Assembly: GCA_017428925.1 (NCBI GenBank) | Contig: JAFRPY010000005.1 | Location: 29-64,028 of the forward strand | Source: Prevotella sp. | Lineage (GTDB): Bacteria > Bacteroidota > Bacteroidia > Bacteroidales > Bacteroidaceae | DNA: 64,000 nt | Reading direction: 5' to 3' | Shown: one piece after another, positions 9,664 through 18,354 of the stretch | Position numbering within the stretch: position 1 is the stretch's first letter | Layout: every line of letters begins with the position of its first letter | Notes under the pieces: model-generated | What the model was told of the DNA's origin: nothing | Database searches by the model: none | Seen by the model: the letters and a program-made list of their open reading frames with translations, nothing else | Translations under genes and position numbers: made by a program

Positions 9664-11256
9664 ATGAAACTGAGCAAACTTCCCGTCACACGTCTCTTAT
9701 TATTTACTGTTCTCGCTTCACTCTTCATTTCCCAGACCGCATGCACAGATGAAGAGGGGGACAGCCATGCAAGCCAGGAACTTGTCCTTAAGGTTAGCAT
9801 GGAGGGAACGCGTGCCACCCCCGGCGGGACATGGCGTGTGGGTGACTTTATTGCCGTAAAGATAGGAACGACTGTAAAGAAATACGTTATCAAATCCCTC
9901 ACAGGAGAAGCAACGGGTGCCGATGCTGCCAACACCTTCTATTGGGACGAACTGGGAACATCATCCGTCACCGTCACGGCATGGACATTCGGTGGGAAAT
10001 ACACCGAGACACTCAGCAACACCCTCTCCGTGGCAACCGACCAAAGCTCAGATGCCAACTTCGTCGGCAGCGACTTCCTCTACGCCCCCGCCACCACAAT
10101 CACCAGGAACGCATCAGCCGTACTGAATTTCTACCACCAGATGTCGCGATTCAACATCAACGTCAAGACCGACGCCACGGCAACCATCGAAAAAGTCATC
10201 CTCGGTGGGGGCGAATGGCAAATCATGCCCTACGTAGAAGGAACCTACAGCCTGCCTGACCCCCTGGACCAAAACTCCGATCCTAATTACGGTACTTTCG
10301 TAATAGACTACGACAACCATCAGGCTGCAGAAATGATACCACATAAAGAGGAAACAAAAAGCGGCTTCGAGGCATCCTATTCAGCGATAATGATACCCAC
10401 CGCCTACGAATCATTCTTTTTCTTTATCATCACCGACGACGGAACCGTATATAAAACACCATACGAGACATACATCTTCGATCCTGGAGCTGAGATTACC
10501 TACAACGTAACCATCAAGAACAAGCAACTCATTGTGGCTCCTGCCAACTGGCCTGTTGGAGTGGAAGTCTGGCAAACACCATCCGCAGCTGCCCCCTGCG
10601 ACCTGACCACCACATTCAACAGTGGTGACAAAATTGGCGTTTTCGTCGTGGATCCGTCCAACTACGACGAAGTGGTCTGCGCCAACATCCCCTACGTCTA
10701 CGACGGCACCGCCTGGAACCAGGCAGACGCCTCTAAAAGAGTATCTTTCTCTGATAAATTCCGCTATTTCGCCTACTATCCTTACCAGGAGTCGAACAAT
10801 AACAACGTCTATTCCTGGTACGACGATGCCGAACATTTCTTCGAGCCAATCATAGGAAGCTGGACACCAAAAACAGACCAAAGCACACTACAGGACTTCA
10901 ATGCCAGCGACCTGATGATTGCCAAGGGCACCGTCTGCGCCGACGCAACCGTAACCTTCACCCTCGAACATCAGATGCACCTGGTAAGGCTGTCCTACTA
11001 TAATTGGGAGAACCAAGCTAACTATGAAGATGTTTCCTTCATAGGCAACTCATATTTTTACGATGAAGGTAATGCAGACAATACTTATCCCATTCCCTAT
11101 AATAACGGAAACTACCTGTACTACATTGCCAAGCCAGGCACCACATTCAGCTTTTGGTGTTTCGGTAACGCAATTAATACGTACGAGCAGTATTCAGTAA
11201 ACGTCAGTGAAAACAAAGGTTCCGTTACCGATTATACTATTCATCCATCATACTAA
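9664..11256 (+). CDS. Fimbrillin-family lipoprotein with duplicated pilin domain (possible tip subunit)
   Basis: Lipobox TAC, GTR|A; pilin motif set (DQS..F..SD, F.HQM) occurs twice; no C-terminal I.DW donor strand. Confidence 0.75.
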   Translation: MKLSKLPVTRLLLFTVLASLFISQTACTDEEGDSHASQELVLKVSMEGTRATPGGTWRVGDFIAVKIGTTVKKYVIKSLTGEATGADAANTFYWDELGTSSVTVTAWTFGGKYTETLSNTLSVATDQSSDANFVGSDFLYAPATTITRNASAVLNFYHQMSRFNINVKTDATATIEKVILGGGEWQIMPYVEGTYSLPDPLDQNSDPNYGTFVIDYDNHQAAEMIPHKEETKSGFEASYSAIMIPTAYESFFFFIITDDGTVYKTPYETYIFDPGAEITYNVTIKNKQLIVAPANWPVGVEVWQTPSAAAPCDLTTTFNSGDKIGVFVVDPSNYDEVVCANIPYVYDGTAWNQADASKRVSFSDKFRYFAYYPYQESNNNNVYSWYDDAEHFFEPIIGSWTPKTDQSTLQDFNASDLMIAKGTVCADATVTFTLEHQMHLVRLSYYNWENQANYEDVSFIGNSYFYDEGNADNTYPIPYNNGNYLYYIAKPGTTFSFWCFGNAINTYEQYSVNVSENKGSVTDYTIHPSY

Positions 11257-11295
11257 GCCGTGAGCATGTCGAAAATTCAAATACCAGATATCGTT

Positions 11296-12675
11296 ATGTT
11301 AAAGAAAACATTCCTATTACTCCTGCTTGTTGTGACGTCAGTCGCAGTCAGGGCACAAGGGGTACTCGAAGTAGATGATCTCTCGCAAGCCAATGCTGTC
11401 TATTCGAGCGAAGGTGAGAAGGCTGCTATCGAAATCAGATGTAACCACACCATCCCCTTGAAGTTCTCGTCTACAATGGACAAGTCGGTTGATCTTTTCA
11501 GCACCGAGATTCAGGGTACAGATTCAGTGTATTTCATTGAACTTCCTGCTGGCTCGCGCTATCGTGGTCGTGTGATTACGGTAACAGCTCCTGGATTCAA
11601 CCCTTTAGACATTCCAGTCGATTTGGAACCCAAGCAGTTACGCACGTTTAAGATCTACGACCCGAACTCGATGGTTGATGCCGGTTGTTATCGTGGTCAC
11701 CGTAACATGGGTGTTCGCGAGATTCAGAATGCCAACTACGAAGAGGCACTCAACCAGTTCCGTGTTGCCATGCAGTGTTCCGATTGCGATAATGTGGAGA
11801 ATAATGCCAATATCGCTAAAGTGGACTCGCTGATTAAGTTGCGTAGTGATGCAGATATCCTGTATCGCATGCTTGACTACAGTGCAGCAGCAGAGATTTA
11901 TAACAACATCGTGCAGATTAATTCCTATGATGCATACGCTGTACAGAAGTTCAAGGAGTGTAACGAGAAGTATTCTTCTGAATGTGCTGTCACCTTCAAG
12001 CAGGCCGAGGCTTATTTCGACAATCGTCTGTTTGAAAAGGCACGTGCATTATATCAGCGCGTGGTTGAGAACGGCTGTCCTGAGGCTAAGACTTCAACAG
12101 AGCGTCTGAATAGTATTTCCAACTACCTTACCGCCAAGGAAGAACATGCCAGCGTTATCACATACGAATGGATGGATGGAGCACCTATCGGTATCCATTA
12201 CGGCCGATACAACCAGACCAAAGGCGGTATCTATCTGCACCTGAATGTAAACTCCAAGGGATTCAGTGCCCTGCAGAGCAATTCAGGCAATGCCATTCCC
12301 GACCACCCCGAGGTGAATTTCGGTGTCGGCTGGACAAAACACATCGTCAAGTCGGAGAAGGTTCCTGTATGGGTGACATTCGGTCCTGGTGTGACGATGA
12401 AGGGATTCTATGGAAAGTATGAAACTATCGACAAGAATTCTCATCCCGATGAGCATGGCTATCCTACTAAGGAGGCTGTTGTGGAAGACATCGACAAGGA
12501 AGAGGGACAGAAGTTCAACGCCGCAGTCTCGATTAATCCTGAAATCGGTATCTGTGTGAAGTACAGTTACTTTGCAGCCCGTGTGGCTTATAATTACCGT
12601 TTCGCTCTCGACAGTGCGCTGAAGGATTTCCTCGGCCAGCATTGCTTCAGTCTCGGTATCGGTTTCGCCTTCTGA
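11296..12675 (+). CDS. Exported protein: PEGA-like N-terminal domain, TPR-like helices, C-terminal beta-barrel
   Basis: Signal peptide ending VRA-Q, helical repeats (NYEEALNQF, FEKARALY) with Cys pairs, C-terminal FSLGIGFAF barrel signal; domain names are inferred. Confidence 0.6.
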   Translation: MLKKTFLLLLLVVTSVAVRAQGVLEVDDLSQANAVYSSEGEKAAIEIRCNHTIPLKFSSTMDKSVDLFSTEIQGTDSVYFIELPAGSRYRGRVITVTAPGFNPLDIPVDLEPKQLRTFKIYDPNSMVDAGCYRGHRNMGVREIQNANYEEALNQFRVAMQCSDCDNVENNANIAKVDSLIKLRSDADILYRMLDYSAAAEIYNNIVQINSYDAYAVQKFKECNEKYSSECAVTFKQAEAYFDNRLFEKARALYQRVVENGCPEAKTSTERLNSISNYLTAKEEHASVITYEWMDGAPIGIHYGRYNQTKGGIYLHLNVNSKGFSALQSNSGNAIPDHPEVNFGVGWTKHIVKSEKVPVWVTFGPGVTMKGFYGKYETIDKNSHPDEHGYPTKEAVVEDIDKEEGQKFNAAVSINPEIGICVKYSYFAARVAYNYRFALDSALKDFLGQHCFSLGIGFAF

Positions 12676-12697
12676 ATAATTTGTAAACCATACAATA

Positions 12698-12734
12698 ATG
12701 GTCCCCAAAAGTATTGCTAACTTTTGGGGCCCAT
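12698..12734. terminator. Hairpin between convergent operons, probably a bidirectional terminator
   Basis: ATGGtCCCCAAAAG ... CTTTTGGGGcCCAT between the stops at 12675 and 12771. Confidence 0.65.
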
Positions 12735-12770
12735 TTACGATTACTGTTTGATGCTCTCTTATAAAATCGT

Positions 12771-13772
12771 TTATCTGACAATTCTGAAAGAACCCAGGTG
12801 GAATACGTCCTCTCGCTTGGTGACCACCTGTCCCTCAGCATTCTTGTAAGGCTGCCATGTACGTACCTGAATGAGCGGATTGTTGGCGTCGCGGAAGTCA
12901 ATCATCAGGAAAAGATAACCTTCGTCGCTGTAGCCTGAAGTGTGCCAATACTGCTTCAGCGTGACGCCATACACATCGTCATACTTCGGGTGCTGCACCA
13001 CTTCTATATCCTCGAATTTCACATTGATATACTTTGTGTTCTTGAATACACGTGTCAGGTTCGTGATATACTGCTGCTTCGACTGCTTAATGTATACCAC
13101 CTTATTATTACTGAGCGTCATGCGGGTAAGGTCGCTGTTGGGTTTCTCCTTCACCACCTTACCAGTAATAATCAGTGCCTTGTCAGAAAACACGCTGTTC
13201 AGCAAATCAATGTCCTTGCGGTTGTAAGCCGTACGGAAGTTCTCTACGAAATCCACGATAATCTGTCGACGGGCATAGTCGAGGTCGCTCTCCTTCTGCC
13301 CCATGATTTCCTCGTAGCGCTGCAAGTCAATAGAGATACTGACACCGTCGATTCGTCCGTCGGTTGTGAAATCAATCGTCAGTTCCTGACGCGACTCTTC
13401 CTGGTCAGCCTCAACCATGTCTACGGGAATTCCACGAACCTGATAGCCACTGGAAGTTTTCAGACAACGGCTCATGATATTCACCGGAGGACAGCTCATG
13501 GCGCTGGCCTTCCACATCTGCTCAATATCCTTGATGGCTTCGGCAGTGAAATTTTCCTTCGACAGTTTTATCTTTTTCTGCTGCTCGTCGGCGGCGGTTT
13601 TGAAAAGCGACATCATCAGTGTGACGTTGCTCTCCATCTTTGCTTTGGTAGCAGCATCCACAACACCCTCATTAATCTTGAAAGTTGCACCGTCTGCCAT
13701 GGCGACAGTAGCCATCATGAACAGCAAGACGGTTACGAGTGGTCTTATCATCACATTCTTCATCATTTTCAA
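12771..13772 (-). CDS. Exported hypothetical protein with NTF2-like C-terminal domain
   Basis: Signal peptide; IVDFVENFRTAYNRKDIDLLNSVFSDKALII...VTLKQYW...YSDEGYLFLMIDF resembles NTF2/SnoaL topology. Confidence 0.6.
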   Translation of the reverse strand: MKMMKNVMIRPLVTVLLFMMATVAMADGATFKINEGVVDAATKAKMESNVTLMMSLFKTAADEQQKKIKLSKENFTAEAIKDIEQMWKASAMSCPPVNIMSRCLKTSSGYQVRGIPVDMVEADQEESRQELTIDFTTDGRIDGVSISIDLQRYEEIMGQKESDLDYARRQIIVDFVENFRTAYNRKDIDLLNSVFSDKALIITGKVVKEKPNSDLTRMTLSNNKVVYIKQSKQQYITNLTRVFKNTKYINVKFEDIEVVQHPKYDDVYGVTLKQYWHTSGYSDEGYLFLMIDFRDANNPLIQVRTWQPYKNAEGQVVTKREDVFHLGSFRIVR

Positions 13773-13788
13773 TAACTATAAAGTTTAT

Positions 13789-14454
13789 TTATTCCTTATA
13801 TTTTCCAAAAAGTGTTCGAATATTACTTTGGGGGATATTACCATAAAGTGTAGCTGTCACTACTCCACCGTCGTCAAACAAATCGTTGGTAGGTACCGTG
13901 ACGACAAACAGGTGGATGAAGTTCAGCTTAGGATGGTGAAACACCAGCGTAGCCTCCATCTTGTCTTTCTTGACAGACGTTACACTACAGTAAATATCCA
14001 TATTCCGGGCAAGCAGGTCGTAGATGTTCTGCATGTTCTGTTCGGGAACAGTCTTCGTGGTGCCATACATGTGCTGTGTGATGGCAATGCGCAGTTTGTT
14101 TTGCTTTACGCGGTTGAGCAGGATATTCGTAAACGACTCCATCGGATAGCGCTTGTCGAAAATCGGTTCATAGTTACCACGCTTTTCACGGACGTAGAAA
14201 TCTGACTTAATCGACTTCACCTGAAAAGACTTGCCTTTCACGATATAGATGCCCCGCTCGGATGTAGATGCAAGGTCGCGCTTATTGACCGTAATGGGCG
14301 CATGATAGTTCTCAGTGACATGAGGCATGCTCAGCTGTTCATAGAGCAGCGTGTCGGCACTTACCTTGTCACGGTCCTGGGCACTCACTATGACAGCTGC
14401 CAGAAATGCTGTCAGCAAGAACCATGCGCGAGGATGTTTTTTTCTCATTTTCAC
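13789..14454 (-). CDS. Exported hypothetical protein
   Basis: 221-aa ORF, signal peptide ending VSA-Q, 11-16 bp gaps to neighbours. Confidence 0.7.
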   Translation of the reverse strand: MKMRKKHPRAWFLLTAFLAAVIVSAQDRDKVSADTLLYEQLSMPHVTENYHAPITVNKRDLASTSERGIYIVKGKSFQVKSIKSDFYVREKRGNYEPIFDKRYPMESFTNILLNRVKQNKLRIAITQHMYGTTKTVPEQNMQNIYDLLARNMDIYCSVTSVKKDKMEATLVFHHPKLNFIHLFVVTVPTNDLFDDGGVVTATLYGNIPQSNIRTLFGKYKE

Positions 14455-14465
14455 TATTTCTCATT

Positions 14466-15380
14466 TTACTTGGTGTAGTATGCAACACGATATATTCCCG
14501 ATTTCATCTGGTCACCGCCATTGCCGCGGATAGGACTCATCAGAATGCTGAAGTCAACAGGTTCCTCTGTTGCCACGAGCAGGAAGGTTTCACGGCAGTT
14601 TGCCTCGGAGAATTCGAAAGGTTCCGACTTGAATGCCACGGTGCTGCGGGCCGGCACCAGCAGATGGGCGCAGATAGCAGCCTCATCAACCGGGAGCACC
14701 AGGTATTTGTTGCCGCGCTCGTCGATATCAAGCACATTCACAAAGAGCGGTTCTTCCGTACCGTTGGTGACACGCACATAGCAGTTAGTGTTTACATCAA
14801 CCTCGGGGTTAACGGGCAGTCCCGTCTCGCACGAAACGAGGTCGAAACGCACGTCCATATCCGTGGAGAGCAGGTTTTTGGGCTTTATCAGACTACTCTC
14901 CACAGAGGCAGGCTCGTCTGACATGCTTGCAAGACGATTCAGCAGGAACGAGTCACGTGCTGTAGCACGATAGGATGTGGCCGTTGCCTGCATATAGGCG
15001 CTGGGATGCGAAAGGTTCTTGCTTTCCTTCGAAAACAGTTGCTTCACCATATAGCTAAGGTATTGCTTCGACAGGTTTTTCGGAGCCTTTGCAGCCTTCA
15101 GCAGGGCACCGACGGTGTTCGTTCCCTCTGTGGTGAAGGAATACATCTTGCTGTTAGCCTCGTCAATCACCGTCACTGCACTCTCCTTGCCTATCACCAG
15201 CCGGCTGGAAGTCGTTAGAGTCTTCCGGGCATTCAAGCTCACGGTCTTTGAACCTTCATAGATTTTGGCCGTTCCCACTACAGAATAGACCAGATAATCT
15301 GCTGCGCTGACCATCGTCGAGGCCAGTATTGCAAACGACATTACTAAAAGGCGCATTGTACTATATTTCCTAATTTTCAT
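14466..15380 (-). CDS. Exported protein: FecR-like beta N-terminus plus DUF4384-like Ig domain
   Basis: Signal peptide; C-terminal YVRVTNGTEEPLFVNVLDIDERG..LVLP...ETFLLVATEEPVDF pattern. Confidence 0.6.
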   Translation of the reverse strand: MKIRKYSTMRLLVMSFAILASTMVSAADYLVYSVVGTAKIYEGSKTVSLNARKTLTTSSRLVIGKESAVTVIDEANSKMYSFTTEGTNTVGALLKAAKAPKNLSKQYLSYMVKQLFSKESKNLSHPSAYMQATATSYRATARDSFLLNRLASMSDEPASVESSLIKPKNLLSTDMDVRFDLVSCETGLPVNPEVDVNTNCYVRVTNGTEEPLFVNVLDIDERGNKYLVLPVDEAAICAHLLVPARSTVAFKSEPFEFSEANCRETFLLVATEEPVDFSILMSPIRGNGGDQMKSGIYRVAYYTK

Positions 15381-15445
15381 TTTAAGTTTGAGTTTATAAG
15401 TTTATGAGTTTATGATAATTATATCACCCTCCCTTTGGGTGGTCC

Positions 15446-17143
15446 TTACTTTTCGTACGTAAAGAGTTCGAAGGGTTCCATTCCGTTCGGATTCATGAAG
15501 ATGGGAGTCTGCTTGAAGTCGGTCATCTGGCGAACAGCCTTATAGAGATACTGATCCAACTGCTGGGTGGAAAGCCCTATCTCCCCCTCCGTGCGGGCGG
15601 CTCCGTTGAACGCGTCGACCAAGGCCTTGGTGAAAGCCCCGTTCTTCCAATTCGGGTCCTCCTTCGACTTGGTGTCGCTTGCACTGGAAGCATACATCAC
15701 CATTCCATTCTTAGTCCGGCGCAACTGCTCAACGAAATGATTGCTTGCCGCAGAACGGTTACCTCCCATCAAAGCACCCGAATAGCAGGCGTCAACGAAC
15801 ACGATGAGCTTACCGTTGATGTCCTCTACAGCCTGACGGAAATCATTGCTGGAGAAACAATTATACAGTTTCGACGTGCTGCTTCCATAGTTCATGAAAT
15901 AGAAGCGGTCTTTCTCGTCGCGATAGCCGTGACCGGCATAGAAGAAGATGCACACATCGGTTGGCGAAGACTCCTGCTTCAGCCATTCCATGGCTTCGTA
16001 GAAATCCTCACGGGTGGCCTCTTCGTCGCAGATGGTCTTCACCTGTACGTCTTGGTAGGGGAAGCCTTTCTTCGTACTGATGACATTTGAGAAATCGCGG
16101 GCATCCTTGGTGGTGAACTTCAGTTTGGGCAGTTCTGGATCATTATAGTCCCCCACTCCAATGGCAACCGCAAAGAGTCGCGGCAGTTCGGCCACCTGCT
16201 TCTCCCTGATGAGACGAATGCTTGCCGGTTCGCTGTTACCATTCTCGTTCTGGGCATAGATGGTTATCGTACAGTCACGGTTGGGAAGATCAACCTCCAC
16301 CGTATTGGCTGCACGTACAGCACGGTCGGCCGGTTGTTTCTGTCCGTCAACCATAACCGTTACACGGGTGCTTGCCTCCAAGCCTTGTGCCAGCAGCTGA
16401 TAGCGCAACTTGATGACATCGGTATGGAAAGGACTCTGGTCTTCAGGAAACAGGATTCTCACCTCCGGGGGTACAGGACGACTGCTAACCGAGGGCTTCG
16501 GTGCCTCCGGCTGTTGAGTTTCGTTTCCCATATTCAGGGTTATCTCTCCCTTGGGGTCTATCTCGACCTCGGTGCCCTGATTATCCTGCTTCGGTTCAGG
16601 TTGCTGGGTTGCTACAGGCTTAACCTCAGTCACATCCTGCATCGGGATGTCAGCCTTATGCTTACCGGCTGCCTTGTCTTTCCAAAGCTGGCTCATTTTC
16701 TTGTCCTGCATCACGAGCACACCTTTCTCATAGCATTCGGCAAGCGTCAGCTGGGCATTCTGATTGCCATTGTTGGCAGCTTCGGTAAGATTGCGGAGGG
16801 CCTTGTCATAGTCGATAGGCACACCACGTCCGTACATATAGCAATAAGCCAGGTTATACTGGGCCTTGGCAAAACCCTTGCGAGCGGCACGCTTAAACCA
16901 CATGGCAGCCGTAGCATAGTTCTTGTCGATGCCTTCTCCGTTGTAGAGGGCATACCCCAGATTGAACTGTCCCTCCAGGCTGCCTGCATCAGCTGCTTTC
17001 TGATAGCATTCCACAGCCTTCCCGAACTGCTGCTTATCGTAAAAGTCGTTGCCCTGCTTTAGCCATTGGCCGGCTGTCTGTGCTCCAACACCTAACACCC
17101 AACACCAAACAACTATTAACAGATATATTCTTTTTCTCTTCAT
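15446..17143 (-). CDS. Secreted Sel1-repeat caspase-like protease (peptidase C14)
   Basis: Signal peptide; 3-4 Sel1 repeats (GQFNLGYALYNGEG, AQYNLAYCYMYGRGV); Pro/Gln linker; Ig-like domain; catalytic FFYAGHG and FVDACYSG; GAFTKALV, QTP. Confidence 0.9.
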   Translation of the reverse strand: MKRKRIYLLIVVWCWVLGVGAQTAGQWLKQGNDFYDKQQFGKAVECYQKAADAGSLEGQFNLGYALYNGEGIDKNYATAAMWFKRAARKGFAKAQYNLAYCYMYGRGVPIDYDKALRNLTEAANNGNQNAQLTLAECYEKGVLVMQDKKMSQLWKDKAAGKHKADIPMQDVTEVKPVATQQPEPKQDNQGTEVEIDPKGEITLNMGNETQQPEAPKPSVSSRPVPPEVRILFPEDQSPFHTDVIKLRYQLLAQGLEASTRVTVMVDGQKQPADRAVRAANTVEVDLPNRDCTITIYAQNENGNSEPASIRLIREKQVAELPRLFAVAIGVGDYNDPELPKLKFTTKDARDFSNVISTKKGFPYQDVQVKTICDEEATREDFYEAMEWLKQESSPTDVCIFFYAGHGYRDEKDRFYFMNYGSSTSKLYNCFSSNDFRQAVEDINGKLIVFVDACYSGALMGGNRSAASNHFVEQLRRTKNGMVMYASSASDTKSKEDPNWKNGAFTKALVDAFNGAARTEGEIGLSTQQLDQYLYKAVRQMTDFKQTPIFMNPNGMEPFELFTYEK

Positions 17144-18354
17144 TTTTTCTTTGGCGGTTTAAAATAAAGTGATTTCTTAGCAAAAGCGTACAGCCGTTTC
17201 CACTGGGGATGAATCGTGCAATAATCGATGAACCACATGTAGTGGATGCGGGCACGCTCTATAAAGGCAACACCCAGCAACGGCAATAGTAGCGAGATGT
17301 CGTAGTCGTATTTCACGAAACAGAGGAATCCGATCCATGCAAACACGACACTAATAACTAAATATACCAACTTATTCCAATAGATGAAGAACCGGGGTGA
17401 TTTCTTTCTGGTCAGATAACCGGCGTATGCGGCAATAAGACAGACGACAATGGTCAGCAAGCCGGAAATGACATTCGACATTGAGGATATCTCATGATGC
17501 CCGATATAGGTCTGGGCGGCGTAGGCCACAGTCTTCATTCCCGGCATCTTACCCACGGGCGTGAAGTGCATGTCGGCTTCCTCTGTAATCGTACCCACCA
17601 TAGCCAATTTTCCCTTGATGAGCGCCTTGTTCTCCATGATGGAATCAAACCTGATAATCGGAAATTCCGTATTCGAATAGAGAATCGTGCGCTTGTTGTT
17701 GGGTTCTACGGTCGGCTGTTTGCCCATGTATTTGCATGCGGCAAGATAAGGCAGGGAATAATAAGTTGCCGAATCCAATTTCTGGGAAATCGTATAGTCA
17801 CGGAGGGTTCCGTTCGGGCCGTTGCTTTTCAGCACATTGCTGTAAGCCCATGTATAATTGCCGAATGGTTCAAAGAATGACTTCAGCACATTGACGAATT
17901 TCCCTTGCACCTCCGACGAGGCAATCAGCTTGCACGACAAGACCGGATCGCTCAGCTGGTCGATGGCAGAAATCAGCTCGGCATTGTCAGCAAGTTCGTC
18001 GCCCTCCTTCTCGAATATAACGTCCATCATCACGGTTTTGGGTTCGCAGGCCGCAAGATGCTCCAGCGTCTGGGCAATCTCGCTGCGGTCGTTCTGCTCC
18101 GTAATGTCAATCAGCACAATGTCGTCGCTCCACTTCACCGAGTTTCCCATCCGCTCGATGGTGAAGTAGATATCGGTCATCTTGAATTCGCTCAAAGCGC
18201 GGCTGACAGGGTCAAACAGAGAGAAGTTGATGAACAACTCGGCCCAGAAAGCGGCGATAACCCAAGCCAGCACGACCACGATGACATGGTCATGATGAAA
18301 TATTTCATGGATATTATCCTTTATTTTCCGTTTTATATAGTCGAACAACTTCAT
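17140..18354 (-). CDS. CHASE2-domain membrane protein without cytoplasmic output domain
   Basis: N-terminal TM; DIVLIDI, PKTVMMDVIF, IKGKLAMVG, DMHFTPVGKMPG; three C-terminal TMs; only ~35-aa tail. Confidence 0.8.
   Translation of the reverse strand: MKLFDYIKRKIKDNIHEIFHHDHVIVVVLAWVIAAFWAELFINFSLFDPVSRALSEFKMTDIYFTIERMGNSVKWSDDIVLIDITEQNDRSEIAQTLEHLAACEPKTVMMDVIFEKEGDELADNAELISAIDQLSDPVLSCKLIASSEVQGKFVNVLKSFFEPFGNYTWAYSNVLKSNGPNGTLRDYTISQKLDSATYYSLPYLAACKYMGKQPTVEPNNKRTILYSNTEFPIIRFDSIMENKALIKGKLAMVGTITEEADMHFTPVGKMPGMKTVAYAAQTYIGHHEISSMSNVISGLLTIVVCLIAAYAGYLTRKKSPRFFIYWNKLVYLVISVVFAWIGFLCFVKYDYDISLLLPLLGVAFIERARIHYMWFIDYCTIHPQWKRLYAFAKKSLYFKPPKKK

Noticed and set aside
9664-11256. Diversity-generating retroelement target in the tip pilin
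   Set aside because: No reverse transcriptase and no template/variable repeat pair was seen in the window.
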